Assembly: GCA_039588275.1 (NCBI GenBank)
Contig: JBDHAC010000017.1
Location: 42,246-106,245, forward strand
DNA: 64,000 nucleotides
Direction: 5' to 3'
Origin: Gemmatimonadota bacterium
GTDB taxonomy: Bacteria; Gemmatimonadota; Gemmatimonadetes; Palauibacterales; Palauibacteraceae
In this document: positions 19,238 through 29,022 of the stretch, piece by piece
Layout of the letters: every line of letters starts with the position of its first letter
Position numbering within the stretch: position 1 is the first letter of the stretch
The notes under the pieces: generated by a model
The model's input: only the letters and a program-made list of their open reading frames with translations
The model's database searches: none
Told to the model about the DNA's origin: nothing
Position numbers and translations under genes: made by a program

Positions 19238-19554
19238 AGCTCGTCCTCCACGACCTCGAGTCGAGTTCGAATCCGGTTCGCGCGCTCACGGGCTTTCTCG
19301 AGCACGTCCCGAAGCCGCTGGTTCTCTTCGTTCAATTGGGCGAGCCGCTCTTCGACGTTGGCCGGCACGGGCGCGCCTTCCGCGCCCTTTACGGCCTTGC
19401 GGAGCTTCTCGTATGCGCCCTCGCAACTGGCGGCGCGCTCCGTGACGGACTCCAGCTCCGAAGCCACGCGGCCCACGGCTTCGCTCAGCCGATCCAGTAT
19501 CGCGTCGACTTCGCTCACCCTGTCAGGCACTTCAAGATGTTCGGATTCGGGCAT
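19234..19554 (-). CDS. Coiled-coil protein, ZapB-like
   Basis: All-helical heptad pattern; position between pheT and zapA. Confidence 0.7.
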   Translation of the reverse strand: MPESEHLEVPDRVSEVDAILDRLSEAVGRVASELESVTERAASCEGAYEKLRKAVKGAEGAPVPANVEERLAQLNEENQRLRDVLEKARERANRIRTRLEVVEDEL

Positions 19555-21982
19555 CGAACTGCTCCTCGAGTGCCGATGTGATCGCCGTCATCTCGGCGTC
19601 CACTTCCTGATCCGTGAGCGTACGGTCCCCGGCCCGGAAGCGAAACGCCCAGGCCAGGCTCCGTCGCCCCGCGTCGATCTCCTCGCCGGCGTAGACGTCG
19701 AACAATTGTACGCTCTCCAGCAGCTCTGACGCGCGCTCCCGGATGGCGTTCTCGATCGCACGGGCCTCGGCATCCAGTCTCACCGTTACGGCCAAGTCGC
19801 GCCGCACCGCGGGGAAGGGTGAGAGCGGTCGGTGCGACGCCGCCCGCCCGAGGGCCACGCTCGCGAGGTCGAACTCCATGGCCCAAACGCTACCGCCCCA
19901 CGGAGGCGCATCCACGGCGCCGTCGCGGACCCGACCCGCCACACCCACGGTCTCGCCGTCCCGAACCAGGCGAAAGCGCTCCGCACCCAACCATGCGCCA
20001 TCCCACGGCGCGGCGATCGGCTCACCGTCGGGTAGGGGCTCCAGCATCGCGCCACACAACCGGGCGGCCGTCTCAGCCGCCAGACCCTTCAGGTCCCACA
20101 GCCCGACATCTTCCGACTCCGTCGACCAGTGTGCCGGATCCCGCTCGCCCGTGATCAGAACGCCCACGCGGAGCTGTTCGTGGAAACGGTCGATCCCATC
20201 GGCGGCGGCATCCGACTCGCCTGCCCCTCGCCGCGCATCCGAATACCGGAAGACCGTCCCGATCTCGAACAGGCGGATGTCGCGGCGACCCCGGGCGTAG
20301 TTGTGCTCCGCCCGGCGCAGTAACACGGGAACGAGGGCGGCGCGCAGATAGCTCTCTTCGGCCGACAACGGATTCGGGACCGCCACCTCCGCTCGATTCC
20401 CTCGGTGTTCCTCGGGCATGAAGCTGAGGCTACGGGCCTCGAGGAGCCCCCGCGCCACGAAGAACTCTCGGACGCGGTCGGCCTGCGTCCAGGCCTCGTC
20501 GTTCGGCACCACGCTTGGCCGGAAACGCCGATCTTCGTGCGGAAAGTTCTCGAACCCGAAACGGCGCGCGACTTCCTCCACGAGGTCGATCTCACGGGTC
20601 ACGTCGCGGCGCCAGCCGGGGACCCGGAAGCCGGATTCCTGGCGAGTGAACCCGATCGGCGCGAGCAAGCGCTCGAGGTCTTCGGGTCCGGGGTCGATCC
20701 CCAGCACCTGTTTCACCCGGGCCGGTCGGAGCGGGATCACGGCGAGATCCGGAGCCCCGACTCCTACGCGAATCCCGTCCGGGTCCGCGGTACCGCCCGC
20801 GATCGCGAGGATCAGCTCGACACACCGCGTCAGGGCGGCCTCGAGTCCATGCTCGTCGATGCCGCGCTCGAAGCGGTATGACGCATCGGTGTCGAGGGAG
20901 AGCGAGCGGCTCGTCGCCCGTACAGCCGCGGGCGCGAAGGCGGCGCACTCGATGAACAGATCGGTCGTCTGCTCCGTGACCTCGGTCTCCTCTCCACCCA
21001 TCACGCCCGCCAGCGCCACCGCCCGGTCGCGATCGGCGATCACCGTGACCGACGGATCGAGCGTCCGAGCCTCGCCATCCAATGTGACGAGTCGCTCTCC
21101 CGCGGCACCCGCTCGGACGCGGATCTCCGACCCACTCAGCGTCCGCAGGTCGAACGCGTGGATCGGTTGGTTGAGCTCGAACAACACGTAGTTGGTGGCA
21201 TCCACCACGTTGTTGATCGGACGTGCGCCGATGGCGAGGAGTCGACCCGCGAGCCAGGACGGAGAGGGACCGACCGTCACGCCGCGAATCATGGCACCCA
21301 GGTATCGACTGCAGCGGTCAGGCGCCTCGATCGCGACCTTCACACCCGCTGCGGAGGCCTCGCGCTCGCCCTCCAGCCACTCGGCCGTCCAGCCGGGGCC
21401 GCCCACGTCGCGGAGTACGATCTCGGCCGGGTCTTCGCGCACCAGCTCGCGCGCGACCCCGACATGACTCGCCAGATCGACCCGATTCGGATTCAGATCG
21501 AGGGACAGCCGCACGTCCGGCAGCCCGAGCGCCTCGACCAGCGGTCGTCCGGCCTCGAGCCCGTCGGGGAGCCGCATGATCCCACTCTTGTCGCGCCCCA
21601 GGTCGAGCTCCGCCTCCGAGCACAACATCCCGTGGCTCATCTCTCCGCGGATCTTCCGGCTCTCGATCCGGAAGCCGCCGGGGAGCGTGGCGCCGGCGGG
21701 TACGTAGGGATACAAGGCACCCTTCTCCACGACCGGGGCGCCGCACACCACGTCGATCGGCTCCCCCTGCCCTACGTCGACCTGGCACAGCGTGAGCCGG
21801 TCGGCGTTGGGGTGCGGGTCCGCTTCGAGTACCCGCCCCACGACGATCTCTTCGAGCCCGGTTCCGACGGGTTCGGCCGACTCGACGGCGGCGGCCGTCA
21901 TGCTGAAGCGGTGCGCGAGTTCTTCGACCCCTTCCGAGAACTCGGGCAGGAGTTCCCGCAGCCAGTTCACCGAGACGTTCAC
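19532..21982 (-). CDS. pheT: Phenylalanine-tRNA ligase beta subunit
   Basis: HPNADRL, VVCGAP, GMLCSEAEL, INNVVDATNYV, RFERG, FDX-ACB C-terminus. Confidence 0.98.
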   Translation of the reverse strand: MNVSVNWLRELLPEFSEGVEELAHRFSMTAAAVESAEPVGTGLEEIVVGRVLEADPHPNADRLTLCQVDVGQGEPIDVVCGAPVVEKGALYPYVPAGATLPGGFRIESRKIRGEMSHGMLCSEAELDLGRDKSGIMRLPDGLEAGRPLVEALGLPDVRLSLDLNPNRVDLASHVGVARELVREDPAEIVLRDVGGPGWTAEWLEGEREASAAGVKVAIEAPDRCSRYLGAMIRGVTVGPSPSWLAGRLLAIGARPINNVVDATNYVLFELNQPIHAFDLRTLSGSEIRVRAGAAGERLVTLDGEARTLDPSVTVIADRDRAVALAGVMGGEETEVTEQTTDLFIECAAFAPAAVRATSRSLSLDTDASYRFERGIDEHGLEAALTRCVELILAIAGGTADPDGIRVGVGAPDLAVIPLRPARVKQVLGIDPGPEDLERLLAPIGFTRQESGFRVPGWRRDVTREIDLVEEVARRFGFENFPHEDRRFRPSVVPNDEAWTQADRVREFFVARGLLEARSLSFMPEEHRGNRAEVAVPNPLSAEESYLRAALVPVLLRRAEHNYARGRRDIRLFEIGTVFRYSDARRGAGESDAAADGIDRFHEQLRVGVLITGERDPAHWSTESEDVGLWDLKGLAAETAARLCGAMLEPLPDGEPIAAPWDGAWLGAERFRLVRDGETVGVAGRVRDGAVDAPPWGGSVWAMEFDLASVALGRAASHRPLSPFPAVRRDLAVTVRLDAEARAIENAIRERASELLESVQLFDVYAGEEIDAGRRSLAWAFRFRAGDRTLTDQEVDAEMTAITSALEEQFDARIRTS

Positions 21983-23016
21983 GAGAACTGCTCCAGAAAG
22001 CCGACATCCCCCTCGTAGAGCAGCCGCATGTCAGGGATCCCGTGTCTCACCATGGCGATCCTGGCCGGCCCCATTCCGAACGCGTATCCGGTGAACCGCT
22101 CTGGGTCGTAGCCCACGTTCTCGTACACGGCCGGGTCCACCATGCCGCTGCCCATGATCGTGATCCAGCCGGTCCGCTTGCAGGTGGAGCAGCCGCTCCC
22201 CCCACACACCGTGCACGAGACGTCAACCTCGGCGGACGGTTCGGTGAACGGGTAGAACGACGGACGGAAACGACTTCGCGTCTCGGAGCCGAAGAAGCGT
22301 CGAACGAAGTGCTCGATCGTGGAGCGGAACTCGATGAAATCGATCCCCTCGTCCACGGCGAGCCCCTCGATCTGCTCGAAGGCCGGCGCGTGCGAGGGGT
22401 CGAACGAGTCGCGACGGTAGGAGAGCCCGGGCACGACGACGCGCACCGGGGGCTCGAACTCCTCCATCACGCGTGCCTGAACGGGCGACGTGTGCGTGCG
22501 CAGCACCACGCCCTCGTCCAGATAGAACGTGTCCATCATGTCCGCGGCGGGGTGATCGAGCGGGATGTTCAGCGCGGTGAAGTTGTACCAGGTCGACTCG
22601 ATCTCGGGGCCTCGGATCTTCGTGAACCCGAGCTCCGCGAAGATGTCGCAGATCTCGTCGATCACGCGCGTGATGGGGTGCACGGCCCCGGCCCATCGGC
22701 GTCGACCGGGCAGAGTCAGATCGTGATCGGCCTCCTTCCCCGAGGACGCCGTACGCTCTATCTCGGTCGCGCGCTGGGTGTGGGCGGCGGTGAGCGCCTG
22801 TTTCACCGCGTTGGCCCGCTGGCCGACCCGCGGTCGCAGGTCGGGCTCGACCGCGCCGATCCCGCTGAACGCATCCGCGAGTCGGCCGCTGCGACCCAAG
22901 AACTCGATGCGAACCGTCTCCAGCGCGCCGGCGCTGTCCGCTCCCCCGATCGCGGCCAGTCCCTGCTCCTCGATCTCGGTCAGGAGATCGAGCAGAGACG
23001 TGCCGACGGGGCTCAT
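21979..23016 (-). CDS. pheS: Phenylalanine-tRNA ligase alpha subunit
   Basis: [36 protein letters not shown]. Confidence 0.98.
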   Translation of the reverse strand: MSPVGTSLLDLLTEIEEQGLAAIGGADSAGALETVRIEFLGRSGRLADAFSGIGAVEPDLRPRVGQRANAVKQALTAAHTQRATEIERTASSGKEADHDLTLPGRRRWAGAVHPITRVIDEICDIFAELGFTKIRGPEIESTWYNFTALNIPLDHPAADMMDTFYLDEGVVLRTHTSPVQARVMEEFEPPVRVVVPGLSYRRDSFDPSHAPAFEQIEGLAVDEGIDFIEFRSTIEHFVRRFFGSETRSRFRPSFYPFTEPSAEVDVSCTVCGGSGCSTCKRTGWITIMGSGMVDPAVYENVGYDPERFTGYAFGMGPARIAMVRHGIPDMRLLYEGDVGFLEQFS

Positions 23017-23369
23017 GGCGCGTGCTCTTTGGCGACCTCGGCGAGCTCGGTAAAGGCGGCTGGATCACGGACCGCGAGGTCCGCGAGCATCTTCCTGTTT
23101 AGCTCGACCCCCGCGTTCTTGAGGCCGCTCACGAAACGCGAATAGGACAGCCCGTTCGACCGCGCCGCCGCGTTGATCCGCGCGATCCACAGGCGTCGGA
23201 AGTCGCGCTTACGCCGGCGACGGTCCCGGTAGGCGTACGCCCAGCCACGCTCGACCGAGTTCTTTGCGGTTCGATACAGCTTCGAGCGCCCGCCGAACTG
23301 GCCGCGCGCCTCTTTGAGCGTCTTCTTCTTGCGACGGTTTCTGGCTACGCTGCTCGTTACGCGTGGCAT
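23013..23369 (-). CDS. rplT: 50S ribosomal protein L20
   Basis: [33 protein letters not shown]. Confidence 0.98.
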   Translation of the reverse strand: MPRVTSSVARNRRKKKTLKEARGQFGGRSKLYRTAKNSVERGWAYAYRDRRRRKRDFRRLWIARINAAARSNGLSYSRFVSGLKNAGVELNRKMLADLAVRDPAAFTELAEVAKEHAP

Positions 23370-23407
23370 GGCCGTTCCTCCTCGCTCCTACTTTTCATCA
23401 CCGACCA

Positions 23408-23602
23408 TCACCGGCCGAGCAACCGTCTCACGCGCTGCTGATCGGCCTTCGCCACCAACGTTCGCTGGCGAAGGCGCCGCTTTCTCTTGGCGCTCTTCTT
23501 GGTGAGGATGTGGCTGTGATACGCCCGCTGTCTGCGGAGCTTTCCGGTCCCGGTCTTCCGGAACCGCTTGGCCGCGGATCGATTCGTCTTCTGCTTCGGC
23601 AT
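23408..23602 (-). CDS. rpmI: 50S ribosomal protein L35
   Basis: [26 protein letters not shown]. Confidence 0.98.
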   Translation of the reverse strand: MPKQKTNRSAAKRFRKTGTGKLRRQRAYHSHILTKKSAKRKRRLRQRTLVAKADQQRVRRLLGR

Positions 23603-23619
23603 GTTCTCTCTCTTCGCTC

Positions 23620-24132
23620 TCAGCGCCGCGGGGCGAGCAGCATCGTCATCGTCCGACCTTCGTGCGAGATGTTGGACTCGACGCCCGCGATGTCTTCGAG
23701 CTCGGTCAACACTCGCTCGAGGACGCGGGCCCCCAGCTCCGGATGGGTCACTTCCCTCCCCCGGAACATCAGCGTGAACTTCACTTTGTGCCCTTCCTCG
23801 AGGAACTTGCGGGCGTGGCGCAGCTTGAAGTCGATGTCGTGCTCCTCGATCTTCGGGCGCAGCTTCACTTCCTTGACGTGGATGATGTGCTGCTTCTTCT
23901 TCGCTTCGCGCGCCTTCCGCGCCTGCTCGTACTTGAACTTCCCGTAGTCCATGAGACGGCAGACCGGGGGCCGTGCGCCCGGCGCGACCTCGACCAGGTC
24001 CAATCCGCGCTCCGAGGCGAGCGATCTCGCCTCGTCCGTCGCTACAATTCCAAGCTGTTCGCCGTCCTCATCTATGAGTCGAACCGGGCTGATGCGGATG
24101 CGATCGTTGATTCTCAGTTCTTCCGAACTCAC
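23620..24132 (-). CDS. infC: Translation initiation factor IF-3
   Basis: [33 protein letters not shown]. Confidence 0.97.
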   Translation of the reverse strand: MSSEELRINDRIRISPVRLIDEDGEQLGIVATDEARSLASERGLDLVEVAPGARPPVCRLMDYGKFKYEQARKAREAKKKQHIIHVKEVKLRPKIEEHDIDFKLRHARKFLEEGHKVKFTLMFRGREVTHPELGARVLERVLTELEDIAGVESNISHEGRTMTMLLAPRR

Positions 24133-24149
24133 TTCACCTCTCTTCCAAC

Positions 24150-24312
24150 AGAAAAACCCGGTACGGCACAGCCGCCCGGGTACGCGCTCCGCTCCCCGTT
24201 GGGGATGTCCAGCGCGCTTGGTATTGACCCGGCAGCAACGTCTCGCGCCCCCCCGGGGGCGACGGCGAGAAGCGCCGTGAGGTGGGAGCCCTGGGCTCCG
24301 CTTTGGACTCTA
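24150..24312 (-). promoter_or_regulatory. Putative infC-rpmI-rplT (L20) leader with terminator-like hairpin
   Basis: Minus strand AAGCGGAG...CTCCCACCTC...GCCGGGTC resembles L20-leader motifs; CCCGGGCGGC-TGT-GCCGTACCGGG-TTTTT lies just before the infC SD. Confidence 0.55.
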
Positions 24313-24358
24313 TTTGGGCGCGAAATTAGACCTCATGCGCTGCGGTGTCAACGAGCGT

Positions 24359-26311
24359 TCATGGCGCAAGCGCCTTCTCGGCAACCTCGGCGCTCACGCG
24401 CTCCACAAACGCGTTCAGAGACATGCCGACCTGCTTCTCCTCGGCTCCGCGCGCCCGTACGGCCACGGTTCCCGACTCGACCTCCCGCGCGCCAATGACG
24501 AGCAGGTACGGGACCTTGTGCAGCTCTCCATCCCGGATGCGGTATCCGAGCGTGTCCGATCGCGCGTCGAGGCCCGCCTGCAAGCCTGCCGCGCGAAGCC
24601 GCTCGACGATCTCGGCGGCTGGCGCGGTCTGGGCGTCGGTGATCGGGAGCACACGCGCCTGCTCGGGCGCGAGCCAGACGGGGAACGCACCGGCGAAGTG
24701 CTCGATCAGCACACCGGTGAACCGTTCCAGCGTGCCGAAGATGGCCCGGTGGATCATGACCGGTCGGTGCGGCTGGTTGTCCGCCCCGATGTACTCGAGC
24801 TCGAACCGCTCGGGAAGATTGAAGTCGAGCTGGATCGTCGCCCCCTGCCATTCACGGCCGATCGCGTCATCGAACTTGATGTCGATCTTCGGACCGTAGA
24901 ACGCACCACCACCGTCATCGACGCCGTACTCCACGCCGACACGTTCGAGCGCCTGCCGGAGCGCGGCTTCGGCCCGGTCCCATACCTCATCAGATCCGAT
25001 GCGCTTCTCGGGATCATCCGGTCGCGTGGCTAGATCGAACCGGTAGGTGAGCCCGAGCGTGGTCATCACCTCCTCCACGAGATCGAGACAGGTGAAGATC
25101 TCGTCCTCGACCTGTTCGGGCGTGCAGAAGATGTGCCCGTCGTCCATCGTCAGCATGCGGACGCGTAAGAGCCCGTGCAGCGTTCCGGATCGCTCGTACC
25201 GATACACGTTGCCGATCTCCGACAGCCGCAGCGGTAGGTCCCGATAGCTCCGCTGACGGGCCGCGTAGATGACGGTGTGGCCCGGGCAGTTCATGGGCTT
25301 CACACGGTACGCTTCCTTGTCTCCGTCCCCGTGCATGCCCGGATACATGTTCTCGGCGTAGGCCCCGAGGTGGCCCGAGCGCTCGAACAGCGCCTCGCTG
25401 CTCACGTGCGGCGTATACACGAACTCGTAGCCGCGCTCATCGAGCAGGTCCTCGATCCACCGCCGTAGCGTGAGCTGGACCCGCGCTCCCTTCGGATGCC
25501 AGCAGACCAGCCCCGGGCCGATGTCGTCCTGGATGCTGAACAGGTCGAGCTCCTGGCCCAGCTTGCGGTGATCGCGCTTCTTCGCCTCCTCGAGGCGGTG
25601 CAGGTGCTCGTCGAGCGCGTCCTTCGTGTAGAAGGCCGTCCCGTAGATCCGCTGGAGCATCTGGCGGGACTCGTCACCCCGCCAGTACGCCCCGGCCGCG
25701 TGCAGCAACTTGAAGTGCTTCACCTCCGCCGTGCTCGGGGCATGTGGTCCACGGCACAGATCCAGGAAAGGACCATCACGGTAGATGGAGATGGTCTCGC
25801 CCTCGGGGATCTCGGCGAGTCGCTCGAGCTTCAACGGGTCGTCCGAGAACAGCTCCTCGGCCTCGGCGCGCGACACTTCTCGGCGCTCGAAGGCGTGCCC
25901 GGCCTTCACGACCTCGCCCATCAGGCGCTCGATCTCCTCCAGGTCCTCGGGCGTGAAGGGCTCCGGCACCGCGAAGTCGTAGTAGAAGCCATCCTCGATG
26001 GGAGGACCGAATCCGATTCCCGCATTCGGTTGCAGCTCGCGCACGGCGGTGGCCAGCGTGTGGGCGGCGGAGTGCCGCAGCACGTACAACGCGTCCGGGT
26101 CCTCGTCGCTCCTGGTGACGATCGAGACCTGTGCCCCGTCCGGGAGAGGCCGGCCGAGGTCGAGCAGCTCATCGTTTACCCGTGCGGCCACCGCGGCGCG
26201 GGCGAGGCCGGTCCCGATGGAAGTGGCCAGATCGGCACCCGTCGCCCCTTCCGAGAGTGTGGTCGGAGTGCCGTCCGGTAGTCGAATCGAGATCTCGGAA
26301 TGGTCGTTCAC
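24359..26311 (-). CDS. thrS: Threonine-tRNA ligase
   Basis: TGS domain, RHSAAH, DLCRGPH, KPMNCPGH, GLLRVR, AFYGPKID, HRAIFG. Confidence 0.98.
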   Translation of the reverse strand: MNDHSEISIRLPDGTPTTLSEGATGADLATSIGTGLARAAVAARVNDELLDLGRPLPDGAQVSIVTRSDEDPDALYVLRHSAAHTLATAVRELQPNAGIGFGPPIEDGFYYDFAVPEPFTPEDLEEIERLMGEVVKAGHAFERREVSRAEAEELFSDDPLKLERLAEIPEGETISIYRDGPFLDLCRGPHAPSTAEVKHFKLLHAAGAYWRGDESRQMLQRIYGTAFYTKDALDEHLHRLEEAKKRDHRKLGQELDLFSIQDDIGPGLVCWHPKGARVQLTLRRWIEDLLDERGYEFVYTPHVSSEALFERSGHLGAYAENMYPGMHGDGDKEAYRVKPMNCPGHTVIYAARQRSYRDLPLRLSEIGNVYRYERSGTLHGLLRVRMLTMDDGHIFCTPEQVEDEIFTCLDLVEEVMTTLGLTYRFDLATRPDDPEKRIGSDEVWDRAEAALRQALERVGVEYGVDDGGGAFYGPKIDIKFDDAIGREWQGATIQLDFNLPERFELEYIGADNQPHRPVMIHRAIFGTLERFTGVLIEHFAGAFPVWLAPEQARVLPITDAQTAPAAEIVERLRAAGLQAGLDARSDTLGYRIRDGELHKVPYLLVIGAREVESGTVAVRARGAEEKQVGMSLNAFVERVSAEVAEKALAP

Positions 26312-26418
26312 CGGCCTACCCGTCGATGATCGATGGAAGAATGTCGCAGTGGAAGGAGCAAGCTAGCCGGTCGGTGCAGGTCTGCCTAGGCAGGCCTCCG
26401 AACGACTCCAGCGGCCCG

Positions 26419-26961
26419 CTACAAGGGATCGCGGAGAACTCCGTAGCGCGCGACGCCACCGTTCGCGTCGAGGATTACCCAGATGAGGCCGCCGGTACTC
26501 CCGGCCAGCGCTTCTGAGACGGACCCCAGTCGCGCGATCTCCCGGCCCCGCATCTCCAGGTAGAACCCGTCCTCGTCGCGCCCCAGCATCCCGAGGGACG
26601 GACGCTCCCCGTCCACCGAAGTGATCTCGTAGGATGTCGCTTCGAGCGTCGGGCCCGGGAACTCGCGCTCGGTCACCAGCCGGCCCGTGATGCGCACCTC
26701 CGCGCCCGCCAGACGTCGCAACTCTGGCTCGTACGGGCCGTCGATTACGACGCCGTCACCTCCATCGACGATCGTGCGCGTGAACGGTGCGTTTCCCACG
26801 CGCCGCACGACCCCCTCGATCGCATCCGGTCCGATCACTCCGATACGGCCGATGTCGTCTCCGATTCGAGCTTCGCTCGTACAGCCCCCGGCCCCCGACA
26901 GGAGCTCCAGCACGAGAACGAACGGGGCGACGGCTCCGGCGCGACGTCTATGCGGGCTCAC
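26419..26961 (-). CDS. Hypothetical exported/lipoprotein
   Basis: Hydrophobic N-terminus ending GAGGC; co-oriented behind the two peptidase genes. Confidence 0.65.
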   Translation of the reverse strand: MSPHRRRAGAVAPFVLVLELLSGAGGCTSEARIGDDIGRIGVIGPDAIEGVVRRVGNAPFTRTIVDGGDGVVIDGPYEPELRRLAGAEVRITGRLVTEREFPGPTLEATSYEITSVDGERPSLGMLGRDEDGFYLEMRGREIARLGSVSEALAGSTGGLIWVILDANGGVARYGVLRDPL

Positions 26962-26990
26962 TACCTCACCGAACGGGATGGCTCGGTCCG

Positions 26991-28904
26991 CTAACGGACC
27001 CGGATCACCGTAACCTGCAAGCGCACCGACCCCGGCACCTCGGCTCCCGACTGGGTCGTGACCTGCAGCACCACGTCAGGGGTGGTCGACTCGCCCGTCA
27101 TGGTGAAGTACCGGCCCGTCGACGAGCGCAGGGTGAAGTTGGACGAGGTATTGGTGCTCGAGGTCAGGCTGATCGCGGTTGGCGTCAGCGGGTAAGGCTT
27201 ATCGAACGGCGGACTCGTGCCCAGGTTGCTTTCGTTGAGCCCGAGATACATGCCTCGCATGTTCCAGGTCTCGAACTGGGAGACGGGATCGAGCCCGCTG
27301 CCGTGGTCGTCCGCAACCACCGCAGAGAGGTATTCGGCGATCAATTGTTGCCATGTACGCGATTGCCCCGACGCCACCTGAACCGCGCGGGTCACGTTCG
27401 CGGTGCCCCGCAGGTGGTTGGGGCCGCCGCTCGACAGCTCCCGAAACATGACGTGCTCCCCGCTACCGGGGAGAATCCCGACCGGTGTAGCCGGACCGTA
27501 TTGATCGGCCAACCAGCGGAAGAAGCCCCACGCGAAGCCACGCATCTCCAGCGATTGCGCACCACCGGGATCGTCTCCCCCCGTTTCCCCCAGCGCGAGC
27601 GTCCCGTTCGGGTTGTTCAGGAAGTCCCCGAAGCGTGAGAAGTTGAACAGGTGGTACGCGTTGAAGGCGTCCAAGGCGGTCTGGTTGGGCACCGTCTCCT
27701 CGAACCCGAGGTTCGTTCGGAGCCCGATCCCGGCGAGCGCGAGCCCGCTGATCTCCTCTGCGATGTGCGCGAGGCCCTCGTCCGACCAGGAATCGTCCAG
27801 GTCGGAGAAATCGCCGTTACCGATGACCGTGCGCTGCACCGTGTTCAGGAGGTGGAGGAACTCGTGCGAAACCGTCCCCTTGGCGACGCGCTTCGCGAAG
27901 TCGACCTCCACCGGATCACCGAACTCGCCTGACGGATCGGGAGCCTGCAGGTAAAGGAGCTCGGCCTGGTTGCCGGCCGGGCACGTGGCCTCATCCGCTA
28001 CATCACCGGAAAAGAAGAACCCCGCGATGAACGATCCGCTTCCCGGCTCGGTCATCTCGTTCACCGACGCGGTGAACAGGACCAGCACATGCTCGTTTCC
28101 ATCGATGTCCGAAGGACTGCCGAAGTATTCGACGTCCAGTGGGAAGACCACCGCGTCCAGAGCCTGGTTGAGCTCCTGGTAGTCCGCCGCCGAGTAGTTC
28201 CCGGCGACTCGGACGTCTTCGAGCAGCGCGAAGTTGTCACCGACGAGCTTGACCTCGGCCGTGATCGTCTCGTCGCTGCTGCAATCCACGGTCAGGTTCT
28301 GCTGCACCGCCATCGACAACGTGAGCCTCTCCCCGACGCTCGGCGGCGCTGCTCCCGCCACCGAGAGACGAGGAGCCGCCCCACCGGATGGCCCGCGGTA
28401 CGGCCGGGCACCCACGCGCCGCAGCTCGCTGCGCATGTTCTCTCTCAGACGGGTCTCGGTGAGCAGCGCCTGCTCCTGGCGCTCGAGCGCACGATACGCC
28501 GCACTCCGCCGGATCGGTGGAGCGCCGATCCCCACCACGTTCCCCGATGCACCGTCGGCTTGCACGCTCAGCGAGATCGGACTGGAAGCCCCCGAGGTCG
28601 TGCTCGCGCTGTGTACGATGACCTCATACTCGCGGGACTCGGAAGCGCCCGCCAGCTTGAACGCGCGTACCTCCGCCGCGTCGCTCAGGGTCACGAGCTC
28701 ACCCAGCGCCAGGTTCAGCGTGGTCGCGGGTGGCGGAGGAGGCGGTGGCGGGGGTGGTGGGGGCGGCGGCTCGGTCGATCCGTCACCACCGCACGCGGTG
28801 GCACCCGCGAACAACAGGACCGGCAGCCAGGCCACCTTCGACCGTCGCCGTCGGATCGAATTACATGTCGATTTGATCAATGCGTCGCCGTTTCGCTGTG
28901 TCAT
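26991..28904 (-). CDS. Zinc metallopeptidase lipoprotein (M30/hyicolysin-like), paralog 2
   Basis: Lipobox ATAC, poly-Pro linker, DIDGN, AGFF, HEFLH with downstream DEGLAH. Start MTQRNG approximate; the 811-aa ORF extension overlaps the upstream gene. Confidence 0.8.
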   Translation of the reverse strand: MTQRNGDALIKSTCNSIRRRRSKVAWLPVLLFAGATACGGDGSTEPPPPPPPPPPPPPPATTLNLALGELVTLSDAAEVRAFKLAGASESREYEVIVHSASTTSGASSPISLSVQADGASGNVVGIGAPPIRRSAAYRALERQEQALLTETRLRENMRSELRRVGARPYRGPSGGAAPRLSVAGAAPPSVGERLTLSMAVQQNLTVDCSSDETITAEVKLVGDNFALLEDVRVAGNYSAADYQELNQALDAVVFPLDVEYFGSPSDIDGNEHVLVLFTASVNEMTEPGSGSFIAGFFFSGDVADEATCPAGNQAELLYLQAPDPSGEFGDPVEVDFAKRVAKGTVSHEFLHLLNTVQRTVIGNGDFSDLDDSWSDEGLAHIAEEISGLALAGIGLRTNLGFEETVPNQTALDAFNAYHLFNFSRFGDFLNNPNGTLALGETGGDDPGGAQSLEMRGFAWGFFRWLADQYGPATPVGILPGSGEHVMFRELSSGGPNHLRGTANVTRAVQVASGQSRTWQQLIAEYLSAVVADDHGSGLDPVSQFETWNMRGMYLGLNESNLGTSPPFDKPYPLTPTAISLTSSTNTSSNFTLRSSTGRYFTMTGESTTPDVVLQVTTQSGAEVPGSVRLQVTVIRVR

Positions 28905-29022
28905 CCCCACCGTTCCTTCGCTCGATCCCGTATTCGGACCACTCATATAACGCGGACCGCCCTCCTCTGTTCCTACTCGGCGCACGAGCCTCATGGGCAT
29001 GACGTACTCCGCCACCCTCAGG

